Shown here one piece after another: positions 27,429 to 37,193 of a stretch of 64,000 bases of DNA (the stretch's first letter is position 1; every line of letters begins with the position of its first letter). Made by a program: the position numbers and the translations under genes. Location: NCBI GenBank assembly GCA_018902845.1, contig JAHIPV010000020.1, positions 74,810 through 138,809 on the forward strand, given 5' to 3'. Below the pieces are notes generated by a model. The model saw only the letters and a list, made by a program, of their open reading frames with translations, ran no database searches and was not told where the DNA came from. This stretch comes from Patescibacteria group bacterium (lineage in GTDB: Bacteria > Patescibacteriota > Microgenomatia > UBA12405).

Positions 27429-28879
27429 TAGTTAGTTTTTTTGATTGATTTTAGTTGATGGAAGAACCAGAGAAGTTGTTGTTTGGAAAAAATTAAGTGA
27501 TAGCCAACGTAGATTAAAGTACCGATAAGGATTTTTGAAATTAATTGTGAAAAGTGAGAGATAGGTAGCTGTGAAATAAGAAGTAGAGCAGAAAGCATAA
27601 TTAAGGAAGCCAGTAAAGGATGGAGAATAGCCGTAAATATATTGGCGGAAAAATGCTTTTTGATTAAATGCCAAACATAAAAAGAACTTAAGTTTACTAT
27701 TATAGAAGCCAACAAAGTTCCATATAAGCCAAATTTTAAACTTAAAATAGGATAAAAGATCCAGGTTAAAACTGTCCACATGATCATTAGTCTGGTGGTA
27801 ACTGTTATCTTGCCAACGGCATTAAAAGCATTGGTAAGAGGGGTGGTAATAGCGGCAATGGCGAAGTTAAAACAAAAAACATAAAGTGGAACAAGAGCCG
27901 GAAGCCATTTGGTGTATTTTGGAACTATAAACATAATGTTTTTTGCTATCAGGGCGGTACCGACTAACATGGGAAAAGCAACCAGAGCAATAAAGTATGT
28001 GCTTTTTTGTAATATTTTTTTTAGACTTTCTTTGTCTTTTTGTAGCCTAGAAAAGGCAGGAAAACTGATTCTGGTAACAGCATCCATAATCGAAAGAGAT
28101 ACTCTTGGGGCTTTTTGGCCCCAAGTGAGAAAGGCAAAATTATTGCGACCGATAATTCCGGCAACCAGTAGATTTGAAAGTCTGTCCTTGGCAACGGCAA
28201 TAAGAGAGTTTATTTGATATGGAATGCCGAACTTAAAGAGTTTTTTGGCCGATTCCCAGTTAAACGAAATACCAATGGGCCAAGGAGAAATTTTGTAAAT
28301 TAAGATTAAACCTACGATGCTTTTGGCAAATATGGCGTAAGCATAAGAGTAAGCGCCAAATCCCATAGAGGCCAAAAGAACGGCTAAAAAGTAAAAAAAT
28401 ATGTTTTCGACAATATCAACAGAAGAAATTTTTTTGAACTCCAGTTTTCTTTCCAAAAGAACCGAAGGAATAGTTTTTAAGGAGGCGGTAAAAAATGAAA
28501 AAACCAATGAGATTAATATCCATGTTTCCTTTGGGCCGTAATTTCTGGCTATTTTAATTTTGGGATAAGTTAAGGCTACGAGAAGAATGGAAAGAATGAC
28601 GAGTAATTGCTGAGTGGTAAATGCGGTTTGTAGTTGTTTTTTGGTGACTTCTTTTTTTTGCTGGATCAAAGCAGAGACAAAACCAAGATCGGAGAAATAG
28701 CCTAAAATAGCAACTGTTTCGGCGACTATACCAAAAAGGCCAACATCGGCAGTGCCCAAAAGGATGGTGAGAATAAAAAAGCCAATAGAGGAAATGGCTT
28801 GAATACTAAAATTTCGAGCGGAAAGAAATATTACGCTTTTGATTGATTTTTGTTTTATTTGTTGTAAGTCAGTGGACAT
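27428..28879 (-). CDS. Wzx-like oligosaccharide flippase (MOP superfamily polysaccharide biosynthesis protein)
   Basis: 483 aa with ~12-14 TM helices and a typical N-terminal Wzx/PST-family architecture. Confidence 0.6.
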   Translation of the reverse strand: MSTDLQQIKQKSIKSVIFLSARNFSIQAISSIGFFILTILLGTADVGLFGIVAETVAILGYFSDLGFVSALIQQKKEVTKKQLQTAFTTQQLLVILSILLVALTYPKIKIARNYGPKETWILISLVFSFFTASLKTIPSVLLERKLEFKKISSVDIVENIFFYFLAVLLASMGFGAYSYAYAIFAKSIVGLILIYKISPWPIGISFNWESAKKLFKFGIPYQINSLIAVAKDRLSNLLVAGIIGRNNFAFLTWGQKAPRVSLSIMDAVTRISFPAFSRLQKDKESLKKILQKSTYFIALVAFPMLVGTALIAKNIMFIVPKYTKWLPALVPLYVFCFNFAIAAITTPLTNAFNAVGKITVTTRLMIMWTVLTWIFYPILSLKFGLYGTLLASIIVNLSSFYVWHLIKKHFSANIFTAILHPLLASLIMLSALLLISQLPISHFSQLISKILIGTLIYVGYHLIFSKQQLLWFFHQLKSIKKTN

Positions 28880-28945
28880 GTAAATTAATTTTTAATTTTT
28901 AAATTTCTAATTTTTAGTATCTAAATTCTAAACAATGTTTAAATT

Positions 28946-29067
28946 CGTCATTCTGAATGAAATGAAGAATCCCGAGGGGATCCTTCGCTACGCTCAGGAT
29001 GACGGTGTTTTGACCGACGGGATTGCCACGCTTCGCTTCCTCCAGAGGCGGACACGGCGCAATGACA
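28946..29067. repeat. Composite family-B repeat encoding the C-terminus of the PTPS-related protein
   Basis: cgtcattctgaatgaaatgaagaatcccgaggggatccttcgctacgctcaggatgacgg ... gggattgccacgcttcgcttcctccagaggcggacacggcgcaatgacaag. Confidence 0.85.
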
Positions 29068-30892
29068 AGATTAATAATAAGGTCCAAGAGATGAGAGAAA
29101 TTGTGTTTGAAATAGTTCTTATGGGAGTGTTTTTGAGTTTGATATAAATTTGATATTGGCCAGGGTCTAGTTTTAAAACCATTCGGCCCAATTCCGGTTC
29201 AATCTCGATTGGAATTTCTGAATCGTAATTATAGGCTTTAAAATTAGGGAAATACATTTGGGCTAAGGTAATGGTTGTTTTTTCTTTTAAATCAGCATTA
29301 AAAAATAGCCAATCGGTTCCTTTTTTTTGACCATAAATAGTACCCGTTGCTTCTGGAGTAATTTGGTCTATGATAAATTTGGCTTGAGATTTAGCGGCTG
29401 TGCCGGCAGTATTGGGAAGATAGTCGTAAATACCTGAGGTCATTTGATTTTGCCAGGCTAAGCCTGAAAATTTTTGGTCATCTGTTAATGGGCCTGATTT
29501 GATAGGGTGAAAATATTTTAAGTTAAAAAATAAAAGCAAGGGTATGATTATTGTTGTTACTATGATGAGGGGATCCTTCGGCAAGCTCAGGATGACAGTG
29601 GGAAGATTTGGGGAGGTGCGACGAGAGTTTAAAATAATATTGGAATGTTTTGAAATGGTTTTAAGGGAAGTTTTGGAAAGATTGAATGGTTGAAAGATAT
29701 GGCTTAGTATTTTAAAGGCAAATCCGGTGGAAATAGAGAAGAAAAAAACAGATAGATTTAGAAAGCGCCAGGGAAATTGGATTTTTTGAATTGGTGAAAA
29801 AATTTTCCATATAAAAACCGATCTTTCGTGAGTCATAAAGGCGGTAAAAAGGGCTAAAATGAAAAAGAAGAGAAAGAAAGCAAAGAGATTTTTGAGGGAT
29901 TTAAGCTTAGTTCTGATTTTAGACGAAAAGGCTATGACGGAAACAACCAAAACAATAGTTGGTAATATCCAGTGAAGATAACCTATCATAAACGACATTT
30001 GGTCTTCCTGACCCCAAACTGAAGGGCCGTCTCCCCAAAAATTGCTGATAAAAAGCTGTTTTAGGCTGGTGAAATGAACTATGTAGTTGTAATAGCCCTT
30101 AAACATTGAATCAATTTGAACCAATTTGGTTTCAAAGAGAACTGGTAAAGTATAAAAGGCAGCCAATCCTAAGCTCAACAAACCTGAACAGAATAATTTA
30201 AAGATGGTTGTTTTTTGCTTGAAGATATTTTTTAGGTTTTTGTGTTTTTGGAATAAACATAAAATGACCCAGAATATGGTAAGGGGGGCGAAAACTAAAA
30301 GCATTGGGTTGTGGGACAGCATGAGTCCAAGAATACTAAGGCTGAGTAAAAGAGTGTATTTTGCTGACGCTTGTTTTTTGGCGTCTATTAGTTTTTTTGA
30401 GGTATAAAAAATAGCAGGAAAGAAAGTGTAGGCCCAAGCTTCGTTCATGGCACCACGAACATAAATGTTTAAAGCGTGGTAAGGAGCGTAAGTATAAAAA
30501 AGAGACGAGACTAAACCGGCAACATTACCAAATAGGTAAGAGCTTAGAAGAAAGGCAAAAAAAGCAGATAACAAAAAGTGAAAAACAGCCGTAAGTTTAA
30601 CTGACCACATAAAAGAAATTCCCAGACTTCTAAAAATTTGGCCGACTATATAAGGAAGAGGTGGGTAAAAATTAAAAAGTGGATAGCCATAGGCGTAACC
30701 TAAATCCGGTGACCAGCGACAAGGGATTTGACCGTCTTTGATACATTTTTCCATTTCTAGCTGGCGAACCATTTGCATGTCGTCGTGCATGTTGTAGTAG
30801 CCGGGTTTTAGAAGGGCGAAGACGGAAGGTAGTGTAAGAATTAAAAGTAAGGTAAGAAAAAATGACTTTTTGTTGAGCAGTTTTTGAATCAC
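28994..30892 (-). CDS. Polytopic GT-C-like membrane protein, PTPS-related/DUF-type (paralog of 11546..13225)
   Basis: MHDDMQMVRQLEMEKCIKDGQIPCRW..GYAYGYPLFNFYPP block. The C-terminal 20 aa and the stop come from the composite repeat 28946..29067. The internal repeat 29569..29597 encodes ILSLPKDP. Confidence 0.55.
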   Translation of the reverse strand: MIQKLLNKKSFFLTLLLILTLPSVFALLKPGYYNMHDDMQMVRQLEMEKCIKDGQIPCRWSPDLGYAYGYPLFNFYPPLPYIVGQIFRSLGISFMWSVKLTAVFHFLLSAFFAFLLSSYLFGNVAGLVSSLFYTYAPYHALNIYVRGAMNEAWAYTFFPAIFYTSKKLIDAKKQASAKYTLLLSLSILGLMLSHNPMLLVFAPLTIFWVILCLFQKHKNLKNIFKQKTTIFKLFCSGLLSLGLAAFYTLPVLFETKLVQIDSMFKGYYNYIVHFTSLKQLFISNFWGDGPSVWGQEDQMSFMIGYLHWILPTIVLVVSVIAFSSKIRTKLKSLKNLFAFFLFFFILALFTAFMTHERSVFIWKIFSPIQKIQFPWRFLNLSVFFFSISTGFAFKILSHIFQPFNLSKTSLKTISKHSNIILNSRRTSPNLPTVILSLPKDPLIIVTTIIIPLLLFFNLKYFHPIKSGPLTDDQKFSGLAWQNQMTSGIYDYLPNTAGTAAKSQAKFIIDQITPEATGTIYGQKKGTDWLFFNADLKEKTTITLAQMYFPNFKAYNYDSEIPIEIEPELGRMVLKLDPGQYQIYIKLKNTPIRTISNTISLISWTLLLILSLRRVRLWRKRSVAIPSVKTPSS

Positions 30893-30922
30893 AAGGTTAA
30901 TTTTACTATATCTTAAGTTTAT

Positions 30923-32164
30923 TTAAATTCGTTTTAGTTTGTGAAGCAGATAATCATCTGTTAGTTGGGTGGAAGAAACAATTTCAAATGGTTGCATACT
31001 TTTTACTTCCCATACTGTTTCGGTTTGTGGCGGACGGTTTTTTGAGGCTATTAAAAACAGTATTTTCGATTTAGGATAATCTTCTATTGCCATTGGTGGG
31101 CATTTTTTTGTGGTTAGCAAGTATCTAAGATCGTAGGAGATGGTGTTACCCGTTATGGTTGATGCAACATTGTAATCGAGCGGACAGTCATCTTTTAGTA
31201 TTTCTGAAACTACTTTTTGCTGAATTAGATATGTCCAATCTTTGGGATGACCTTGTGGAGTTTGTGTTTTGTTTTTTATGAGAAATAACAAATTAAATAA
31301 AAGAGGGATTAAAATTAATAAATTTAATAATATTTTTTTGGAATAAAATTTATTTAAAAATAGGGAATAAAAATATAGGAAAGGAATTAGGAAGGGGAAA
31401 ATAAAATAATAAATAGAGATATCTGAACCTTTGTTTGATTGATTAAAAACAAAGAAAATTGTTTTTAGGTTATAAAAGGAATTGCGAAATTCAAAAACCC
31501 AAAAAGGAAGATTTCCAAGTAAAAAGGAAATAAATATGATTAATAAATGTTTTATTTTAAGAATATTGTTTTTATGTAAAATTATTATTAACGGAATTGA
31601 CCAAAGTAAAACACTGTAATGAAAACTAAATGCTATTCCAAAAATTGTTCCTATTAAAAAAAGATAGATAAGTTTTTTGCTTTTTAAGTATTTATCAAAA
31701 AAAATAAGTTCTAAGATTGCAAGTGGTATCAGAAAGTGTGGGTTCCAAAAAAAACGACTATGAGTGATCAGATAACTAGAAGTAGATAAATATAAAAAGA
31801 CAGAAATTGAAATAACAGTATTGGTTTTATTTTTTAAAAAGATGGCAAAAAGAATATAAAAAGAAAGTTCTATAATAATCAGCAATACTAGAATGGTAAC
31901 CGGATTCCAGTTTGAAATTATTCCTAATGTTGCAAGTATATAATAGTAATTTGGTCCGATAAAAAATCCTCTACCATCAAAGGTTTTTGAGCTTACCATA
32001 GGGCCGATTAATCTTGGTTTTTTGTTTTTTACCATGTTGTAAGTTTCTAAAAGGTGAAGTCCTTGATCCAAATGGAATGTCATTTTTTGTGGAAGTTTAT
32101 ATAAACGCAGGCTTAGATAAAGAATGCTTACCAGAAAAATGCTGATTAAAAAAGACTTTTTCAT
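30923..32164 (-). CDS. Polytopic membrane protein, GT-C-like (distant paralog of 34839..36362)
   Basis: It shares FIGP..YYY..FNPV..L block architecture with the 34839..36362 protein and has multiple TM helices. Confidence 0.4.
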   Translation of the reverse strand: MKKSFLISIFLVSILYLSLRLYKLPQKMTFHLDQGLHLLETYNMVKNKKPRLIGPMVSSKTFDGRGFFIGPNYYYILATLGIISNWNPVTILVLLIIIELSFYILFAIFLKNKTNTVISISVFLYLSTSSYLITHSRFFWNPHFLIPLAILELIFFDKYLKSKKLIYLFLIGTIFGIAFSFHYSVLLWSIPLIIILHKNNILKIKHLLIIFISFLLGNLPFWVFEFRNSFYNLKTIFFVFNQSNKGSDISIYYFIFPFLIPFLYFYSLFLNKFYSKKILLNLLILIPLLFNLLFLIKNKTQTPQGHPKDWTYLIQQKVVSEILKDDCPLDYNVASTITGNTISYDLRYLLTTKKCPPMAIEDYPKSKILFLIASKNRPPQTETVWEVKSMQPFEIVSSTQLTDDYLLHKLKRI

Positions 32165-32174
32165 TGTAGATTGA

Positions 32175-33905
32175 TTATATTTTTATAAGCAATAATGTGT
32201 CGGAGGCGGGTTTGGGGTGTTGTTGGACAATTTTTAGTTTTTCAAATTCTGTGGAAGGCAGTTTTAGGCGGGATTGGTTGATTAATAAATAGACTTCGTC
32301 GCCGTAATTTTTGGCATCTATTAATTTTTTAGGAATTTCGATTATGTTTATACCGATACCAAAAACGGTTAGCTGAGGAGTTTGGTCAGTATATATTTGT
32401 AAACCGTCTGGAAGAGTGCCAAAGTAGCCTTCGGTGCCAACTATGACATTGGTTTGGACAGCTCTTTGCTTAAGATAATCGGCTGATTGTTTAATTCCCC
32501 AACCTGAGGTCCAGTCTTGAATATAGCCGGTTTCAGTAGACGGAAGGTTTAAGTTAAAGGGTTGATAAGAAAATTGGTAGAGTCTGTAGAAGTTGGGAAG
32601 AAAAATTAAAAGTAAAATAATGTATATCCAACGGGATTGCCACGCTTCGCTCGCAATGACAGGTTTTTTCCTGAGAGATTTTTTTCCCGATTGATTGGGT
32701 TTAGGGTGACAAAGAAAGGGAGTAATCAAAAGACTGATTATGATAATTAATGGGGGAAGGGTGTAGAGAATGTAACGGGTGGTAAAAACTTTTGTAAAAA
32801 TAGCGTTGGCCAGAAGTGGAAGTATCCACCAAAAAGTGACAAGCAATAAGGTTGTTTTATTTTTTTTCTTGAGAGTAAGGATAAAACTAATTATTGTAAA
32901 AAGTAAAACCGGAAGAGAGATGAAATATTTATAGATAGTCCAAATGTCTAAAACGTGTGGCTTTAGAGGATCGAGGGGATGGTTTAATATTTCTTTTAGT
33001 CCCCAGATATAGTCTTTGTTGCGAATGGCGATCATATGAAATTGGGGGCCAAGACGGAGGAGATTGTAGATGCAGAAAGCAATTGCAAGAGTAATGAGGT
33101 TTAGGGTTAGGAGTTTAAAAACATCGGATTTATTCTTTTTGGGATCCTTCGACCCTTCGACTATGCTCAGGGCAAGCTCGCTCAGGATGACGGGTGTAGA
33201 CGCGGTAAAGATGGATAGGACAATAAAGAAAATGGCGGGAGATTTGGTTAGCCAGGCGGCGCCTAGGATAGCTCCTAATACTAATGAAAGATCAAGGCGA
33301 AGGAATAAAGATTGAAGTAGTGAAAGGTAAAGAGCCCAGGCGCCAAACATGGTTAATAGGGTGTCTGGAAGCGCCAAGCGGTCAAAGAAGAAGGAAAAAG
33401 GTAGAAAGACGTAGATTAAGGATGACAGGAGGCCGGAGTTAAAGTTAGTAGAAATGGTGTGGAGGATAAAAATCAAGGGGTTTTGATTCCAACGGGATCC
33501 TTCGACCCTTCGACTATGCTCAGGGCAAGCTCGCTCAGGATGACGTTGTGGAAGCTTGGAAGAAAGGAGACAAGTGGTGAGGAATATGGCAACCATAGTG
33601 CCAAGGCCAGCAAGAACTGAGAGAAGACGGCCGGCAAAAAGCGGATCTGAAAAAAAGGAAAGAATAGGTGTTGTCAGCCACATAAAAAGAGGTTGTTTGC
33701 CATCAGTAAGTGGTATAAAACGTAACGTTTCTACATTTTTTATAATTTGGGACCAGCGAATGTAAATAGCTTCGTCGGCAAAAACTGGGATGGAGGTTAG
33801 GTTTTGAAGGCGGGTTAGAAAGTATGTAGCAATTAACAAAATACTGATAATGATTTGTTTGTGGATTTTTTTCATAAAAAAAATTATTGTGCTATTGTCT
33901 CGCAT
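32175..33905 (-). CDS. ArnT/GT83-GT39-like GT-C membrane glycosyltransferase with three in-frame repeat insertions
   Basis: N-terminal VFADEAIYIRWSQII..DGKQPLFMWL motif. The inserts are at 32629..32663 (VIASEAWQSRW), 33141..33192 (VILSELALSIVEGSKDP) and 33489..33545 (RHPERACPEHSRRVEGS). Confidence 0.6.
   Translation of the reverse strand: MRDNSTIIFFMKKIHKQIIISILLIATYFLTRLQNLTSIPVFADEAIYIRWSQIIKNVETLRFIPLTDGKQPLFMWLTTPILSFFSDPLFAGRLLSVLAGLGTMVAIFLTTCLLSSKLPQRHPERACPEHSRRVEGSRWNQNPLIFILHTISTNFNSGLLSSLIYVFLPFSFFFDRLALPDTLLTMFGAWALYLSLLQSLFLRLDLSLVLGAILGAAWLTKSPAIFFIVLSIFTASTPVILSELALSIVEGSKDPKKNKSDVFKLLTLNLITLAIAFCIYNLLRLGPQFHMIAIRNKDYIWGLKEILNHPLDPLKPHVLDIWTIYKYFISLPVLLFTIISFILTLKKKNKTTLLLVTFWWILPLLANAIFTKVFTTRYILYTLPPLIIIISLLITPFLCHPKPNQSGKKSLRKKPVIASEAWQSRWIYIILLLIFLPNFYRLYQFSYQPFNLNLPSTETGYIQDWTSGWGIKQSADYLKQRAVQTNVIVGTEGYFGTLPDGLQIYTDQTPQLTVFGIGINIIEIPKKLIDAKNYGDEVYLLINQSRLKLPSTEFEKLKIVQQHPKPASDTLLLIKI
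33141..33192. repeat. Family-B repeat with an internal duplication, in-frame in the GT-C gene (a second copy is at 33489..33545)
   Basis: gggatccttcgacccttcgactatgctcagggcaagctcgctcaggatgacg. Confidence 0.9.
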
Positions 33906-33963
33906 TGGCGAGACACCTCACATTCGTGAGAGATTCCTCCGCTTCGGTCGGAATGACAAATTG

Positions 33964-34725
33964 TTAATTATATTTGCCTTTGAGATTGTTAACTAAGACA
34001 TTTAGGATTTCTTTGGCCATTTGGATTGATTCTTTCTTGAATCTTTCCAGATTATCCCCTTTTGTGGTACTGGTATCTTCGTTTACCCAAACAACTGGTA
34101 CTTCTTTGATTTTATATCCTTGTTTTTGCAGCATAAAGAGCAATTCAACATCGTAAGCAGAAACAGTCCAGCCTTTTTTATTTCTTTTTTGAGTAAAAAA
34201 AGATAATTTTGGGAAGATTTTTTTTACTACATCAGTTTTAAAAGCTTTAAAGCCACACTGAGTATCGCGAATTTTTGGGAGAAGAAAAAGACGGCGACTT
34301 GAAAGAAATACCAAGGTCATTAGCTTTCTTATTGCACTAAAGCTTTTTCTGGTTGTACCACGGGAACCGATGACTACGTCGAAGCCATTGTTAAAGTGTG
34401 GTAGAAGTTTTGAAAGCTGTGATATGGGCGTAGATTGATCCATATCGGTAAATAGAACCAAGGGATATCGGGCTTTTTTGAGCCCTACCAAAACAGCCGA
34501 TGGTTTGCCACCATGAGAAAGATTTATTATTTTAAAGTTTTTATGTTTTGCGACAAATTGTTTAATTATTTTTAGACTGTTATCTGTTGAGGCGTCATTG
34601 GCTATAATTACCTCCCATTTATATGTTTGTTTGGAAAGATAAGTATAAACTTCGTTTAGCACTCCCCTATTAAGATTTGATTCTTCGTTGTAGCAAGGAA
34701 TTATGATAGAAATTTTCAATTTCAT
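33964..34725 (-). CDS. GT2 polyprenol-phosphate glycosyltransferase (DPM1/ArnC-like)
   Basis: ISIIIPCYNEESNL..VIIANDASTDNS..FTDMDQS with a DXD motif. At 253 aa it is soluble and partners with the GT-C transferases. Confidence 0.7.
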   Translation of the reverse strand: MKLKISIIIPCYNEESNLNRGVLNEVYTYLSKQTYKWEVIIANDASTDNSLKIIKQFVAKHKNFKIINLSHGGKPSAVLVGLKKARYPLVLFTDMDQSTPISQLSKLLPHFNNGFDVVIGSRGTTRKSFSAIRKLMTLVFLSSRRLFLLPKIRDTQCGFKAFKTDVVKKIFPKLSFFTQKRNKKGWTVSAYDVELLFMLQKQGYKIKEVPVVWVNEDTSTTKGDNLERFKKESIQMAKEILNVLVNNLKGKYN

Positions 34726-34838
34726 ATTAATTAATTCTGGTTTTTATGGGATTCTTCGTCCGATCAATCGGACTCAGAATGACGGGTATTGGCTTAAAGA
34801 TGATGTTTCTTTGATTATTTTAACAATAATTTTGTTTT

Positions 34839-36362
34839 TTAATCTTTCTCACTTGGAGTCATAAGGAAAATTTTTATGTTGTTGACTTCCCATTGTTGGC
34901 GGATTTTGGCAGGGCCAAAGGCAGCAATATCCCAAAGTGGATCCCCTTCCGGGGTGCATTCCTGTTGCCAGGGTTCACAAATAACAAAAAGCTGATCAGT
35001 TTTTTTGTCTGCCAAAAGGTATAAGGGTAACTTTTTGAGATTAGCAATGTATCTGTATGGTGGATCGTAATTTTGTTTGGCTAACAAGGCTAGATTAAAT
35101 TCGTTTTGATTTGATTCTTGGGCGATTAGGTCGACTATTTTTTTGGTAGTTTGCAGTTGTTTGTTGGCGGAAAAGCGAAAAGGATTTTCCAAAATAGAAA
35201 GAGTGGCAATGATGGCCAAAAGTAATATGGCCAATAGTTTTATATAAAATTTTTGCTGGAAAAGAAAAGAAATGAAATTAGCCGTAAGCAAACAAACGAT
35301 GGGGAATAAAAAAGCAAAATAGTGATCGTAAATGTGCTGTTTATAAAGACCAAGACCCAAAATGCCTATTATTAGCCAAATATATAATAAGGTGAGAAAA
35401 GGTGCTTGTCCCCCTGCGGGTGACTGCGCTGACGCTTGTTTTCTTGTTTTTAAAAAAGAAAAGAGAAAACCAAAAAAAAGCAGGGTGGAAATTAGGCTTC
35501 CCCATATTTCGTTTTTGCCGGCAATGAGCCTGGTAATAATTTGTCTAAATAATGGCCAAATTTGAGGAATAGCCTTGTAGACTTTTAGGTTAACTGTGGT
35601 TTGCCTGATGGTGAAAAACTTTATGATAGAGTTGATGTTTTGGCCATTGTGTTTTATGTCAAAAAGAATTTGTGGCAAGAGAGAAAGAAAAAAGAGAAGA
35701 AGGGCATAAAGAGAATATTTGATGAATTGCTTATTAATTCCAACGGGATCCTTCGACTGGCTCAGGATGACGGAGTAATAGAAAAAATAGATGGCAAAAA
35801 CGGGCAGGAGTAAGAGGGCTAGGTAGTGAGAGTTTAGGCAAAAAATGAATGAAATGGATGAAAGAATTAAAAATTTATATTTTTTTTGAATAAAAACTTG
35901 ATAGATAGACCATATAAAAAGAAGTGAGAAAAAAGGCATGATATTTGGATTCCAGGAAAAACTACTGTATTTTATTATTACCGGTGAAATTGAATACAAG
36001 AAAGAGGCAATTAGGGCAGTGGGGTGGTTTAAATATTTTTTGGCCAACAGATAAATCAAAAAGGTTGTAGCTACTGAAAATAATGCCACCATGATGGCCG
36101 GTCCTACTGGATTGAAATTACTGAAAAGCAAAAATGGTGCCATTAAGTAGTAATAAAGAGGACCAAGATACATATTGCCAATTGAAGTTTGAGGGCCTAT
36201 GAACATTAGATCTCTTTCTTTTAAGAATTTAGCTACTAATACTACATCACGGCCTTGATCGCCCAAGAATTCCATGTAATCAGAAATTTTAAACAGACGA
36301 AGAAAAGCAGAGAGAAGAAGAATGAAAATAATAAATTTATTTTTTTTTAGTATTTTTTTCAT
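34839..36362 (-). CDS. Polytopic GT-C-like membrane protein
   Basis: Multi-TM protein with MEFLGDQGRDV..FIGPQTSIGNMYLGPLYYYLMAP. In-frame repeats at 35410..35450 (QSPAGG) and 35740..35773 (VILSQSKDP). Confidence 0.5.
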   Translation of the reverse strand: MKKILKKNKFIIFILLLSAFLRLFKISDYMEFLGDQGRDVVLVAKFLKERDLMFIGPQTSIGNMYLGPLYYYLMAPFLLFSNFNPVGPAIMVALFSVATTFLIYLLAKKYLNHPTALIASFLYSISPVIIKYSSFSWNPNIMPFFSLLFIWSIYQVFIQKKYKFLILSSISFIFCLNSHYLALLLLPVFAIYFFYYSVILSQSKDPVGINKQFIKYSLYALLLFFLSLLPQILFDIKHNGQNINSIIKFFTIRQTTVNLKVYKAIPQIWPLFRQIITRLIAGKNEIWGSLISTLLFFGFLFSFLKTRKQASAQSPAGGQAPFLTLLYIWLIIGILGLGLYKQHIYDHYFAFLFPIVCLLTANFISFLFQQKFYIKLLAILLLAIIATLSILENPFRFSANKQLQTTKKIVDLIAQESNQNEFNLALLAKQNYDPPYRYIANLKKLPLYLLADKKTDQLFVICEPWQQECTPEGDPLWDIAAFGPAKIRQQWEVNNIKIFLMTPSEKD

Positions 36363-36371
36363 GCTGACACG

Positions 36372-37097
36372 TTAGTGAAGGGCTTTCCAGAGGTTAATAG
36401 AGTCTATGGCGGCCTTTTTCATAACTTTGAAATCAGATCCACTTGATGAACCGTGTAAGCGAGGATAATGACCAATCGGGACTTGGGCCCATTTGAATCC
36501 AAGTTTTTTGATTTTGATTAATAGTTCGGTGCTGGTGATGGCGCTGTCAGTTTTTAGTTTGCCAACCTGGTCAATAACCTTTTTGTTAAAAAGTTTGAAG
36601 GCACAGTCAACATCTTTGACTCCATAGAAACCGAACCAGATAAAGTTCCATATTTTGAGCAAATTGGCGATAAGAATTCGAGTGTAAGAATCTCTTCTTT
36701 TGGCGCGATAACCCAAAATAACCTGGTAATTAGTTTCTTTTTGTTTTTTGATTAATTTTTTGATATCAGAAAAATCAAATTGGCCGTCTGAGTCGGTAAA
36801 AGTAATCCAGTCGTACTTTGAATTATAGAGGCCTGCTTTAAAAGCGCCTCCGTAGCCTTTGTTTTTGAGGTGATTGATGATTTTTAGTTTATTTCCGTGT
36901 TTTTTGGCGAGGATTTTGGCTTTTTCTAGTGTTTTGTCAGTGGAGCCATCGTTGACTAAAACGATTTGCCATTTTGGAGTTATTTTGTTTAAAACCAAAA
37001 CAGCCTTGTTAACAGTATTTTCGATGTTTTTTTCTTCGTTATGGCAGGGAAAAAAGACAGAAAGTTCAGGAATGATGTATTTAGCTTTGACTGACAT
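36372..37097 (-). CDS. GT2 polyprenol-phosphate glycosyltransferase (DPM1/ArnC-like)
   Basis: LSVFFPCHNEEKNI..IVLVNDGSTDKT..FTDSDGQ motifs. Confidence 0.7.
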   Translation of the reverse strand: MSVKAKYIIPELSVFFPCHNEEKNIENTVNKAVLVLNKITPKWQIVLVNDGSTDKTLEKAKILAKKHGNKLKIINHLKNKGYGGAFKAGLYNSKYDWITFTDSDGQFDFSDIKKLIKKQKETNYQVILGYRAKRRDSYTRILIANLLKIWNFIWFGFYGVKDVDCAFKLFNKKVIDQVGKLKTDSAITSTELLIKIKKLGFKWAQVPIGHYPRLHGSSSGSDFKVMKKAAIDSINLWKALH

Positions 37098-37120
37098 TAG
37101 ATAAGTATAAGATATAAAAT

Positions 37121-37150
37121 TACGAATTACGAATTAAGAATTACGAATTG
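37121..37150. promoter_or_regulatory. Tandem heptamer, 4 x ACGAATT, upstream of the GT2 (36372..37097) ATG
   Basis: aaattacgaattacgaattaagaattacgaattgag, preceded by a tagataagtata box next to the ATG. Confidence 0.45.
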
Positions 37151-37193
37151 AGGGCGTCATTCTGAGTGGAAGCGAAGAATCCCAAAGAGGTGT

